The position numbers were made by a program, and so were the translations under genes. A stretch of 64,000 nucleotides of DNA. It comes from a virus. The DNA is taken from positions 1-64,000 of the IMG/VR virus record IMGVR_UViG_3300042305_000730; one strand, given 5' to 3'. Shown piece after piece: positions 17,884 through 26,830 of the stretch. Under the pieces are notes generated by a model that saw only the letters and a program-made list of their open reading frames with translations, had not been told where the DNA came from and ran no database searches. The stretch's first letter is position 1, and each line of letters opens with the position of its first letter.

Positions 17884-19791
17884 TTATGTACGCCTAGATA
17901 TGACTGGTGCGGGTAGTATAAATGATACCGTAGTTATGGCGATGATAACTCTTCGCTCACTGACAGGTATCCCTGATCCAATTGCGGTATAGGTGTCAAA
18001 AACACCCTCGTAGATATTTAATTCTTCCTCAAAAGATTCCTTAACGGGTTCTGGGGCATCTTGCACAGCGTCAACAATGGCAAGACCATCTTCTGGAGTT
18101 ACCGCTGAAGCCACAATTGCGTCAAAGACTTCAGTTGCTTGCTCTCCTGAAACGCTTTCTAGCACTTTGGCGCTCGTCGCCAGTTCGGTGGCTTGCCCTT
18201 CACTTACTCCACCTTCTTGGGAAATGACCAAATCCACTACTTGAGCAACCTGATCGTTTGTAATGGTGGCGTTTTCAAGAACATTAACCACTTGAGCAAA
18301 CTTGTTGTCAGAAATTTCAGGTGTCAAGATAGCGCTAACGGTTTGTGTCAAAACCTCATCAGACACCTTTTCATCAAAGATAGCGTTAATAACAGTACTG
18401 AACTCTCTATCGTCAAGTGGGCTATTAAGAATCTCTTCAACAAGGGCAACAGTTGCCTCATCGGATAGGTCGCCGTCAAAGGCAGCAGTAAAGACCGCTT
18501 CTAGTTCTGCGAAAGAAAGACCAGAATCCAGGAGGTTCTCAACGATTGCTCCCATTTCTTCTACGCTTGCTTCTGCGCTAAAGACGGTATCCATCACAAT
18601 TGTAAGTTCTTCGCCTGAAAGTTCAGAACTCAACAAACTGACAAGGACTTCAGAAACTTGCTCGGTATCAGATGTATCAGCAAGCACAGCATCCATTACG
18701 GTGGCAAACTCCTCCGTTGAAAGGTCGGTGCTTAAAAGGTCATCAAGTGCAGCCGTAATCTCTTCTATTGAAGCGTCAGGCGTAAAGGTATTTTCAAGGA
18801 TGCTATCTAGTTCTGTTTCTAAAATAATGGTATCTACAACTGGTTCAATGGTTTCTAGGTCAACAGACGGTAGCGTATCGGATGGAGAAACGGTAGTGTT
18901 CTCTGTTATCGGATCAGGTAACACCTCTTCAGGAAGGTCAGGAAATGTCTCTTCAGGCTCTATTTCAATTGGTTCTGTCTCTACTGGAATGGGTTCCGTA
19001 TATGGTGGTATTACTACTGGTGTGGGTTCAGGCTGAACCTCTACAGGTGGTTGGACTGTTGGTGGTATTTCGGGTTCTGTGGTGGTTGTGGATTCAGGCA
19101 CCGACGAGGTGGTCGTAGATGTTGTCGTTGTTGACTGTTCTGGCATGGTCGTTGTTGATTGGGGCAATGTTGTTTGGGGTACGGAAGAAGTAGTTGTAGT
19201 TGTAGTTGTAGTAGTCGTAGAAGTGGTGGTTGTAGTAGAGGTAGTAGAGGTAGTAGAAGATGTAGTAGTCGTATCAGGAATTGTGGTAGTCGTAGAAGAT
19301 GTAGTTGTAGTTTCAGCAAGACCATTCCATAAAGATAAACTACTAATTGTAAGATGACCAGGTTGACAACATGTGTCTATGGAGTATTGGCGGAATGTGA
19401 AAACGTCACCTGCTTGAACGGGGACAGACATAGTTCCTGACGAGTTGTTGTTTTGTGTAATCAACGTGTAACTACCATTGATGCCATATTGTGGTGGGTC
19501 ATAAACCCAACCATCATTGGTTTGGTATGCCCAATTAAAATCAATTATGCCTACATTGGCAGGGATTGTAGTTTCAATCTTGACCCAGTTCGGACCACTA
19601 CAACCATTTGAGTCAGGGCCGTGCAAGATGATGCTGTTGTTTACAACTTCAACTGAGCCTCCACAATCCCGTGACTGGCTGTATGTCCACTCACCAAGCA
19701 TGTCGGCTTTAGCAGATGAGTTAAAAGGAGCGATCCAAGCAAGAATCGCTACAGGAAGATATATCCAAAACCCTTTACGAAGTTTAAGCAC
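17884..19791 (-). CDS. Secreted, mucin-like surface protein
   Basis: Signal peptide ending AKA-D, Cys-containing beta domain, Thr-rich then Pro/Glu linker, acidic helical repeats, C-terminal hydrophobic stretch ending SRRT. Confidence 0.75.
   Translation of the reverse strand: MLKLRKGFWIYLPVAILAWIAPFNSSAKADMLGEWTYSQSRDCGGSVEVVNNSIILHGPDSNGCSGPNWVKIETTIPANVGIIDFNWAYQTNDGWVYDPPQYGINGSYTLITQNNNSSGTMSVPVQAGDVFTFRQYSIDTCCQPGHLTISSLSLWNGLAETTTTSSTTTTIPDTTTTSSTTSTTSTTTTTSTTTTTTTTTTSSVPQTTLPQSTTTMPEQSTTTTSTTTSSVPESTTTTEPEIPPTVQPPVEVQPEPTPVVIPPYTEPIPVETEPIEIEPEETFPDLPEEVLPDPITENTTVSPSDTLPSVDLETIEPVVDTIILETELDSILENTFTPDASIEEITAALDDLLSTDLSTEEFATVMDAVLADTSDTEQVSEVLVSLLSSELSGEELTIVMDTVFSAEASVEEMGAIVENLLDSGLSFAELEAVFTAAFDGDLSDEATVALVEEILNSPLDDREFSTVINAIFDEKVSDEVLTQTVSAILTPEISDNKFAQVVNVLENATITNDQVAQVVDLVISQEGGVSEGQATELATSAKVLESVSGEQATEVFDAIVASAVTPEDGLAIVDAVQDAPEPVKESFEEELNIYEGVFDTYTAIGSGIPVSERRVIIAITTVSFILPAPVISRRT
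19079..19312. repeat. Low-complexity GTA/GTT triplet tract encoding the poly-Thr linker
   Basis: gtagttgtagttgtagttgtagtagtcgtag... read on the minus strand as TTTTSSTTTT. Confidence 0.7.
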
Positions 19792-19815
19792 AGACCATTA
19801 TAGTCTCTTATTCTT

Positions 19816-20043
19816 TTACCATTTTTTTAATGGACAAACAGCGTGTTTTAGTTTTACTTTTGCTGCCATAAAACAGCCACACTCCTTACACTGCTTAGTC
19901 ACTTTTAAAAAACTAGGACATTCTAAACAAATAGCATACCTATCAGTGGCTTCTTGTTCATCTGCCCGTGCCATATTTGGGTTTACTAAATCCCAAGGAC
20001 GAGTGTCACCTAACTTCTTTTTGTATTCTTGCCATGCGTTCAC
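19816..20043 (-). CDS. Small Cys-rich protein (DUF6171-like)
   Basis: RYAICLECP...QCKECGCFM..KVKL..A.CPLKKW. Confidence 0.65.
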   Translation of the reverse strand: MNAWQEYKKKLGDTRPWDLVNPNMARADEQEATDRYAICLECPSFLKVTKQCKECGCFMAAKVKLKHAVCPLKKW

Positions 20044-20297
20044 AAGGACTCCGATGGTTGCTGAAAGCCAGAGCCATCATGCGTCCAACCAAGAGTCACA
20101 GTATTAACCTCTTCTTGCGACATCTCTATAATTTTTGGGTCTGAACGCAATCCAGCAACTAAGGGTATGTGTATATTTCCGCCCACAGAAAAATGACCTG
20201 TAAAGTCTCCATCAACAATCACTCCAAAATGGACCATATTTAGCATTGCTTGTTGTATTACTGGGTTAACCGACATATCTTGTTCAAGTTCATTCAT
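20040..20297 (-). CDS. Hypothetical protein (possible fibre chaperone)
   Basis: 85 aa ending in a GWTHDGSGF..P motif typical of small fibre-associated proteins. Confidence 0.5.
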   Translation of the reverse strand: MNELEQDMSVNPVIQQAMLNMVHFGVIVDGDFTGHFSVGGNIHIPLVAGLRSDPKIIEMSQEEVNTVTLGWTHDGSGFQQPSESL

Positions 20298-20306
20298 ACC
20301 TGTAGG

Positions 20307-20870
20307 CTAGCACCCAAAACCAGGAAATATCCAAGCATCACAAACAGTAACAACAGGACAAGCACAGTTACAAGGGTCACATGCGGCAGGTGAACAGCGA
20401 CCATTATAAGCCACACAGTTTCTGTAAGCAAGACCACCAGGGAAACACTGAGTTTCAGTTACAGGGGACGCATTACAGGATGTACACAAAGGTGCGCCAG
20501 CACATGGATCAGGAGGTGGTGGCGGTGGTGGTTCTCCTCCTCCTCCTCCTCCACCTCCACCTCCACCTGCTGCTGCAGGAGTAACACTATTAGAGGAAAC
20601 CGAAACGGTATTTATTCCGTAACCGCTGACTGTCGTCACGGTAAATGTATAGGCAGTTCCATTACTTAAACCAGTTATTACTATAGGGGATGAGGAACCA
20701 CTTGCCGTAAGCGCACTTGGGGAAGAAACTACTTGATAAGTTGCTACGCCTTTTCCGTCGTGTGCAGCAGCAGTAAAACTTATTGTTGCTTGACCATCCC
20801 CCGCAGTTGCCGATATAGAAGTTGGTGCGTCTACAAACTTTCCGCTAGATGCGGTATTTCCATAAATCAC
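20307..20870 (-). CDS. Fibronectin type III domain plus Gly/Pro linker plus Cys-rich tip protein
   Basis: APTSISATAGDGQATISF...ITGLSNGTAYTFTV (FN3), poly-G and poly-P linker, Cys-rich C-terminus. Confidence 0.7.
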   Translation of the reverse strand: MIYGNTASSGKFVDAPTSISATAGDGQATISFTAAAHDGKGVATYQVVSSPSALTASGSSSPIVITGLSNGTAYTFTVTTVSGYGINTVSVSSNSVTPAAAGGGGGGGGGGGEPPPPPPPDPCAGAPLCTSCNASPVTETQCFPGGLAYRNCVAYNGRCSPAACDPCNCACPVVTVCDAWIFPGFGC

Positions 20871-21529
20871 GAAGCGCTCAAATCACCAATCAAATACCAA
20901 GTGTCTGCTGTGGTGGTTTTAATTAGAGTTGCAGATGAGTACCTAGCACGTAGGTATACTCCTGGCGTTGCCAGAAGTGTAGTACCTGAAACAGTAATTT
21001 GTGTTTTTCCTGTTCCTGCTTGAATAATTGTAATCTGTGAACCAGGACTTAAAGTTAATTCATTAGAGACACGCACAACATTAGCGCTGCTAGAAGTCAT
21101 TTCAATTATTTTGTTTTTATCACTATTATCTACAATGTGTAAGGAAGTAGAGTTAGTGACAATAGGTGAGTCCATATTGCTAGCGACAATTGCCCAAGAG
21201 TTGGCTTCTCGCTTAATCAACTTCATTGAATCCCATTGACCAGTAAGTAAGGTTTGACCACTAACCCCATTAAGGGTTACACCACCAGCAGTAGTTACCG
21301 ATACAGTTCCAACCCCCGTTTGTAGTAGTTCAATAGTGTCACCAATATAGAATGAGGCAGTTGAGTCGGAAGGAATGGTTACTGTAATTGGGTTTATATT
21401 ATTTAACTCTACTATTTTAGATCTATCTTCCAGCACTAATGTGTAAGTCGTATTAGTTTGTGTGTTGATAGGTGTGAATGTGCCAATTAACCCTCTTGTT
21501 GCACTATTCTCAGATAGACGAGAAATCAC
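20867..21529 (-). CDS. Tail/fibre-associated structural protein with an internal duplication
   Basis: Two similar halves, IELLQTGVGTV...LIKREANSW and TIIQAGTGKT...LIKTTTADTWYLIGDL. Confidence 0.6.
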   Translation of the reverse strand: MISRLSENSATRGLIGTFTPINTQTNTTYTLVLEDRSKIVELNNINPITVTIPSDSTASFYIGDTIELLQTGVGTVSVTTAGGVTLNGVSGQTLLTGQWDSMKLIKREANSWAIVASNMDSPIVTNSTSLHIVDNSDKNKIIEMTSSSANVVRVSNELTLSPGSQITIIQAGTGKTQITVSGTTLLATPGVYLRARYSSATLIKTTTADTWYLIGDLSAS

Positions 21530-21855
21530 GATATTTCTGCTCCAAACATTGAAAAGGACAAGTTTGCGCTAGAAGCATAAACAGTCACAACATCGGTAGC
21601 AGCCAAGGTAATACCTAGACTAAGGGTAACGGTGTCTTTAGCCATAATAACAGCATCAAAAATTATGTAGTGTAGGTTAGCCAACGTTGTTCCAGCGGGG
21701 CGAACGGCAACACGGTAAGTTGCTGATGCAGTGCCACGATTGCAGATAGACAGAGTTGAAGAAACAATTGACTTTCCTGCACCTACGGTCAAGATGTCTG
21801 TATTAGTGGTGGCTGATGGTGCGGACTGGGCTAAAACTTTATATGCTTGGGCCAC
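21526..21855 (-). CDS. Small virion structural protein
   Basis: YKVLAQSAPSATT...GITLAATDVVTVYAS..LSF..FG.EIS pattern. AAGGAGAG RBS. Confidence 0.6.
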   Translation of the reverse strand: MAQAYKVLAQSAPSATTNTDILTVGAGKSIVSSTLSICNRGTASATYRVAVRPAGTTLANLHYIIFDAVIMAKDTVTLSLGITLAATDVVTVYASSANLSFSMFGAEIS

Positions 21856-21937
21856 GGGCTCTCCTTAAGGATTGTAATGCCCCATTTTACCCTAAATGGA
21901 AGGTAGGGATTAGTTATTCTCTGTGAAGAGTGCCATG

Positions 21938-22837
21938 TTATGAAATCCTATACCGAACGATAACGATACCACCAGCGCCATTGCCAGCGTAAAACACATT
22001 ATAAACTCCTTGTGCACCGTCACCACCTTCGCCTGGAGCAACGCCATGTCTCGCTTGTTGTCCAGTGTTTCTTCCAAGACCACCATAGCCACCAATAGCG
22101 TAAGTAGCAGAAGTTCCAGTTGAGTAGGTAGAAGCAAGTCCAGCACCGCCACCACCTCCGCCGTAGCCGCCATCACCGCCGCCACCTGCACCTGACTTAC
22201 CACCGCCACCACCGCCCGAACGATAACCTTGACCAGAGTTCGGACCTGCATTACCTCCTGCGTTACCTTCACCAGAAGTGCCTGCACCTCCCTCTCTTGG
22301 GGTATCGGCACCACCATATTCTGAACCGCCACCACCGCCAGAACCACCGCCAGCGCCAGCAGGGGGGTTTCCACCACCAACACCACCTCTACCACCACCA
22401 GAGCAACTTGAAAAAGAGCCAAACGAACTTCCAGTGCCGCTTGCACCAGCACCACCTCCACCGCCCACCGTGATGGTATGGGTGCCAGCAGTTACTGCAA
22501 GTGCAGTTGCTGTACGCATACCGCCCGCACCACCACCTCCACCTCCGTTGCCACCATTGCCACCTCCACCACCAGCAACTACAACATAGTCAACAGTTGG
22601 GTAGTTGCCAAGATCTGAAATAACAAAACTTCCTGATCCTGTAAATGTGTGTGCCTTATATAAAATGCCACTTTCAACATAAGTGTTTATAGTTCCGCCA
22701 GTAGCGACCATAAAAGATTCACCACCACCAGCCCAATAAGAAGCAACTTGTCCCGTAGAGCCACGAGTTAATCGGGGGTTGAGAAAGCCAGCGCCAATAG
22801 AGCGTCCACCGCTCATTGAGTTGTTAATAAGGCCCAT
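21938..22837 (-). CDS. Glycine-rich fibre/adhesin protein
   Basis: Start re-assigned to MGLINNSMSGG. ATGG...HTFT.SG, DYVVVAGGGGG, C-terminal GAGGIVIVRY. Confidence 0.7.
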   Translation of the reverse strand: MGLINNSMSGGRSIGAGFLNPRLTRGSTGQVASYWAGGGESFMVATGGTINTYVESGILYKAHTFTGSGSFVISDLGNYPTVDYVVVAGGGGGNGGNGGGGGGAGGMRTATALAVTAGTHTITVGGGGGAGASGTGSSFGSFSSCSGGGRGGVGGGNPPAGAGGGSGGGGGSEYGGADTPREGGAGTSGEGNAGGNAGPNSGQGYRSGGGGGGKSGAGGGGDGGYGGGGGGAGLASTYSTGTSATYAIGGYGGLGRNTGQQARHGVAPGEGGDGAQGVYNVFYAGNGAGGIVIVRYRIS

Positions 22838-22848
22838 ATAGTTAGAGC

Positions 22849-23208
22849 CTACGCTATTACGTTGACATACCCGTGAATGACAATTGCGGTACCAGTTGCA
22901 GCCCAAGCACGAACAATAAGGGGTGTTGCATTACCTTTAATCAGGAGTCCAGGGGCAATTAAGTAGAGACCATTTTCGGCTTTTACGGTGTATTCAATGT
23001 CGTCAGTTCCAGCAGTTGTTCCACCCCACTGGATGGTGAGTTTACGATCTGTTGTGTCGTAGTTCTGTGCATACAACCAAACTTCATGCAGTGTTGCTGC
23101 GGTTGCCGAACCAGTATGTATTGTTGTTCCTGGACTAGAGGTAGCGGCAACAAGAATACCCCTACCGTCAGTTGATCCACTGAGAATTGTTTTGCTAAAT
23201 GTTGCCAT
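22849..23208 (-). CDS. Small virion structural protein
   Basis: MATFSK..LSGSTDGRGILV...EVWLYA...GYVNVI. Precedes an adhesin gene. Confidence 0.6.
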   Translation of the reverse strand: MATFSKTILSGSTDGRGILVAATSSPGTTIHTGSATAATLHEVWLYAQNYDTTDRKLTIQWGGTTAGTDDIEYTVKAENGLYLIAPGLLIKGNATPLIVRAWAATGTAIVIHGYVNVIA

Positions 23209-23216
23209 AAGTTCTC

Positions 23217-23741
23217 CTAATTAAATATTCTGTTGTTTAAAACTACTTGGTCATCTTCCCAGCCAGTAATTTTTGTTGTTGCAATAGCCGCCGAAGCATT
23301 AATATCTGCGTCCACAATCGTACCATCAGCCAACATGGTGGATGTGATAGTGCCAGATGGAGCGCTGAAGGTGCCCGTAAATGAAGCATTGTTGGTAGGG
23401 GCTTTTGCGTTGACCTGAGTTTGAAGGGCCGAAGTTACGCCATCAAGGTAACTAATCTCTGTAGCAGAGACATCACCGATAGACGTGGTAGATGGGAGCA
23501 CTACAGTTCCTGTGAAGGTTGGGGCGGCAGTTGTCGCCAAGCCAGTGACCACACCCGTATTGCCGTTTACCGAGGTAACGCCACCCTGGTAGGCAAGGCT
23601 GTTCCATGCGGTAGAGCCATTACCAAGTTTAAGTTTTCCTGTGTCGGTTTCGCCACCCAGTTCACCAGAGGCAAGAGTCGGGTTAGCCGCAGTCCAAGCC
23701 GCCGCCGTGTCCCTACGAATCAATATTCGTCTAGTTGTCAT
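23217..23741 (-). CDS. Fibre protein with Mtd/hyaluronidase-type N-terminal domain
   Basis: RRDTAAAWTAANPTLASGELGGETDTGKLKLGNGSTAWNSLAY. Confidence 0.75.
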   Translation of the reverse strand: MTTRRILIRRDTAAAWTAANPTLASGELGGETDTGKLKLGNGSTAWNSLAYQGGVTSVNGNTGVVTGLATTAAPTFTGTVVLPSTTSIGDVSATEISYLDGVTSALQTQVNAKAPTNNASFTGTFSAPSGTITSTMLADGTIVDADINASAAIATTKITGWEDDQVVLNNRIFN

Positions 23742-23818
23742 TGGTTATCTCCAAATGGGCTTTACAACCATAATACTATCATTGCTGGTTTGAATGGGTA
23801 TACCAGTTTACTAGCATT

Positions 23819-24721
23819 TTAGAAAGTGATGCTACCTGAACTTAAAAATTGATAAATACGGAATCCACCAGCAAGTATCACGGTTGGAGAACCTGTTGTC
23901 GCAACGGCCTCAGTAAACGAATCTGGATAGCGAATAACAACAACACCTGAGCCACCTGAACCTGCGGAGTGGTAGACACCACCTCCGAAACCAGCACCTC
24001 CTCCACCTCCGCCTCTATTTACTGATCCATTACCGCCATTTGAGTTGTTACCACCACTACCTCCAACGCTAGAACCACCAGTTCCACTTAGTCCAGCACC
24101 ACCACCACCAGCATAAAATAAAGATGTACCAGTAATAGACGAAGAGGCACCAGTTCCTCCGTTTACTCCAGAACCCGCAGACCCCTTACCGCCACCACCG
24201 CCTGCGTTTGCAGCACTTTGTTGTGCAGCACCAGCATTGCCCTGCCCAGCAATGCCAGTTCCTGGTGGATCTACATATTGGTTTTGGTTTGCTCCACCAC
24301 CACCCGATCCACCGTTGCCAGCGTTATATCTCTGACCTCCACCAATACCAGCACCACGTCCACCACCCGTAGCAGTAATTGTCGTAAAACCAGACCCAGT
24401 TATTGTTGAGTTTGAGCCGTTACTGCCTTCACCAGAACCACCGCCAATAGTTATTGAGTATGGAACTGCGGTGAGTACAGCGACTGTGCTTTCAATCATG
24501 CCTCCTGCGCCACCACCAGCACCAGACCAACCTTGATAGTTATCTGGACCGCCACCGCCACCGCCAGCGACAATGAGGTATTCAACTATTGACGGTGCGG
24601 TTACACCGCCGCCAGCCCAATAGATTGCGGCCTGGCTTGTGTTTCCACGGTTGCGTCGTGGGTTGAGGGAACCGCCAGAAACAGCCCTTCCACCAGAAAC
24701 AACCTTGTTTAGATCAACCAT
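23819..24721 (-). CDS. Glycine-rich fibre/adhesin protein
   Basis: VEYLIVAGGGGG...GGSGVVVIRYP...TTGSPT...IYQF.SSGSITF. Confidence 0.7.
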   Translation of the reverse strand: MVDLNKVVSGGRAVSGGSLNPRRNRGNTSQAAIYWAGGGVTAPSIVEYLIVAGGGGGGPDNYQGWSGAGGGAGGMIESTVAVLTAVPYSITIGGGSGEGSNGSNSTITGSGFTTITATGGGRGAGIGGGQRYNAGNGGSGGGGANQNQYVDPPGTGIAGQGNAGAAQQSAANAGGGGGKGSAGSGVNGGTGASSSITGTSLFYAGGGGAGLSGTGGSSVGGSGGNNSNGGNGSVNRGGGGGGAGFGGGVYHSAGSGGSGVVVIRYPDSFTEAVATTGSPTVILAGGFRIYQFLSSGSITF

Positions 24722-24740
24722 GTGTACACCTTTTGATTAA

Positions 24741-25178
24741 CTAAAATATCTGAGAAGCCAGAATGATTTGGTCGTCTTCAGCGAAACCGCTAGGCATTGT
24801 AACAGTTCCCGTAAACGTTGGGGACGCAAGGTTTGCCTTGAGGTCCAAAGCAGTTTGTTGAGCAGTAGAAACTGGTTTATTTGCATCACTTGTATTGTCT
24901 ACGTTACCAAGCCCCACCATACTCTTGGTTACACCAGAAACAGTTCCTGTAAATGTTGGGTTAGCGGCAGGGGCAAGTCCAGTAACGACACCAGTTTGAC
25001 CGTTTACAGAAGTAACATTATTTTGGTAACCCAAACTGTTCCACGCTATTGCGCCTGTTCCAAGTTTAAGTTTTCCTGTATCGGTCTCATGCCCGAACTC
25101 CCCAGCGGCAAGCGTTGGGTTGTTTGCGGTCCAGTTTGCAGCCGTGTCACGGCGAATAAGAATGCGGCGGTATGCCAT
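24741..25178 (-). CDS. Fibre protein with Mtd-type N-terminal domain (paralogue of 23217..23741)
   Basis: RRDTAANWTANNPTLAAGEFGHETDTGKLKLG and VGLGNVDNTSDANKPVSTA. Confidence 0.75.
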   Translation of the reverse strand: MAYRRILIRRDTAANWTANNPTLAAGEFGHETDTGKLKLGTGAIAWNSLGYQNNVTSVNGQTGVVTGLAPAANPTFTGTVSGVTKSMVGLGNVDNTSDANKPVSTAQQTALDLKANLASPTFTGTVTMPSGFAEDDQIILASQIF

Positions 25179-25357
25179 TATGCGCTCCCACCATCATCTA
25201 CAAAGTAATCATTAAGTGGGGTGTCAGAGAAGCCGCTATCAGAGATAGTTTGTGGGAAGCGCTTCCAAACACCGTCAAGATAGCGCCAAACCATACCTCC
25301 AGCGATATACTCATCTCCAGAAGATGGAGAGTTGGGGAAATCAATTGGTGCGGGCAT
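25178..25357 (-). CDS. Small protein made only of the fibre N-terminal IDFPNSP module (59 aa)
   Basis: Manual translation MPAPIDFPNSPSSGDEYIAGGMVWRYLDGVWKR... TAATG-coupled on both sides. Confidence 0.7.
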   Translation of the reverse strand: MPAPIDFPNSPSSGDEYIAGGMVWRYLDGVWKRFPQTISDSGFSDTPLNDYFVDDGGSA

Positions 25358-26829
25358 TATGCAACCACCAAACTTCCTGAAGCCGTAAATGTTCTAACGG
25401 TGTACGAACCAGAAGTTGTTTCAGTTCCGCCTGTAATAGTGGAACCTGAAACGTCTGCTGTCAGATAACGAACTATAACTACACCTGAACCACCAGCGGC
25501 ACCATTGCTGTAACTGCCGAACAAATCTCCGCCACCGCCACCACCGCCAGTGTTTGCCGTGCCAGCGACCGAAACAGTTGTTTGTCGTTTTGCACCGTTG
25601 CCGCCTCCGCCAGAACCACCAGCGCCAACAGAAACACTGTTGCCGCAAGCACCACCACCACCGCCCGCACGAGTAACGGCTGTGCCTGTTATAGATGAAC
25701 TGACTCCGTTCCCACCAGAGGTTGTTCCAACAGCACCAGCACCGCCACCACCTCCACCTCTATATCCCTCATTGGTGGGTGTGTTGTTTCCTGCACCTCC
25801 TGAGTAACCTTGGCTTGTCGTACCAGCACCACCAGCACCAACGTTGTATGAGCCACCACCACCCGAACCGCCAGAAGAACCATTAGAACTAAGTCCGCCA
25901 CCGCCACCACCGCCTGTTGAAGTGATAGTTGAAAAGACAGATGAAACGCCGTTGGTACCATTTACAAATTGAGAAGTGGACCCAGCACCACCAGCACCAA
26001 CTGTGACTGTATAAGTCCCAGGAGTGATAGCAAAAGACGCTTCGGCAGAGGCACCACCACCCGATGTAGCCCCACTTACATTTGTCCTATAACCACCAGC
26101 ACCACCACCGCCTGAAGCCTCCCCACCACCGCCAGCACCACCAGCAATGACGAGGTATTCAACAGAAAGGTTTGCTGTAGTAAATGAAACGGCAGAGGAT
26201 TCTGATGAGCCAGCACCCAAAGCGTTTACCGCTTTAAGTTTTACGTAGTAAGTAGTACCAACAGCAAGACCAGTAATGGTGATTGGGCTTGTGCCATCCG
26301 CTGGTGAAAGTGCTGTGTAAGAACCGTATGTTGTACCACCGTTAGTGGATAGCGCATATTGGTAGTTTGTAATTGTTGAACCACCATCAGCACCTGCTGT
26401 GAATGTGAGAGTGACAGACGATGCACCAGCAGACCCTGATACCGCTACAGATGTCGGTGCTGCAGTAGGTACTGTCGTAATGGCAGAAACCCAAGCGCTC
26501 CCATCCCACCGCTGTAAAGCAGATGTATCAGTAAGAAAAATGAATTGACCAGTAAAAGGTGACGGAATTACAGAAGAGCGGTTTTCAGTAGTAGTTACTG
26601 TAATGCCTGATAGTCCAGAAGCAAGTTTGGCTTGAGTTACTGCCCCAGAATTAATCTTGGCTTCAGTGATAGCGTTAGAAGCAATCTTTGCCGCTGTTAC
26701 TTCGCCTGTAGAAATAGTATAAGAGTTAGCAGTAATTAGGCCCCAAGTGGTGCCGTCAAATATCCACTTCTTTCCACCTGACGTGAAAGAATCATTTGTG
26801 GCTGGAGAGTCAGGAAAGTTAATAGCCAT
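25357..26829 (-). CDS. Fibre/adhesin: IDFP module, A-V-T-x-A-K-I repeats, FN3 and glycine-rich domain
   Basis: 490 aa, domain motifs read from the translation. Confidence 0.75.
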   Translation of the reverse strand: MAINFPDSPATNDSFTSGGKKWIFDGTTWGLITANSYTISTGEVTAAKIASNAITEAKINSGAVTQAKLASGLSGITVTTTENRSSVIPSPFTGQFIFLTDTSALQRWDGSAWVSAITTVPTAAPTSVAVSGSAGASSVTLTFTAGADGGSTITNYQYALSTNGGTTYGSYTALSPADGTSPITITGLAVGTTYYVKLKAVNALGAGSSESSAVSFTTANLSVEYLVIAGGAGGGGEASGGGGAGGYRTNVSGATSGGGASAEASFAITPGTYTVTVGAGGAGSTSQFVNGTNGVSSVFSTITSTGGGGGGGLSSNGSSGGSGGGGSYNVGAGGAGTTSQGYSGGAGNNTPTNEGYRGGGGGGAGAVGTTSGGNGVSSSITGTAVTRAGGGGGACGNSVSVGAGGSGGGGNGAKRQTTVSVAGTANTGGGGGGGDLFGSYSNGAAGGSGVVIVRYLTADVSGSTITGGTETTSGSYTVRTFTASGSLVVA

Positions 26830-26830
26830 A

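Noticed and set aside
18302-20107. Long plus-strand ORFs 18302..19036, 19079..19357, 19517..20107
   Set aside because: They are antisense to the well-formed secreted protein gene, and their composition mirrors its codons.
23217-25178. Diversity-generating retroelement suggested by Mtd-like N-terminal domains
   Set aside because: Only the generic N-terminal fibre domain is present. I saw no reverse transcriptase and no template/variable repeat pair with adenine-specific mismatches in the window.
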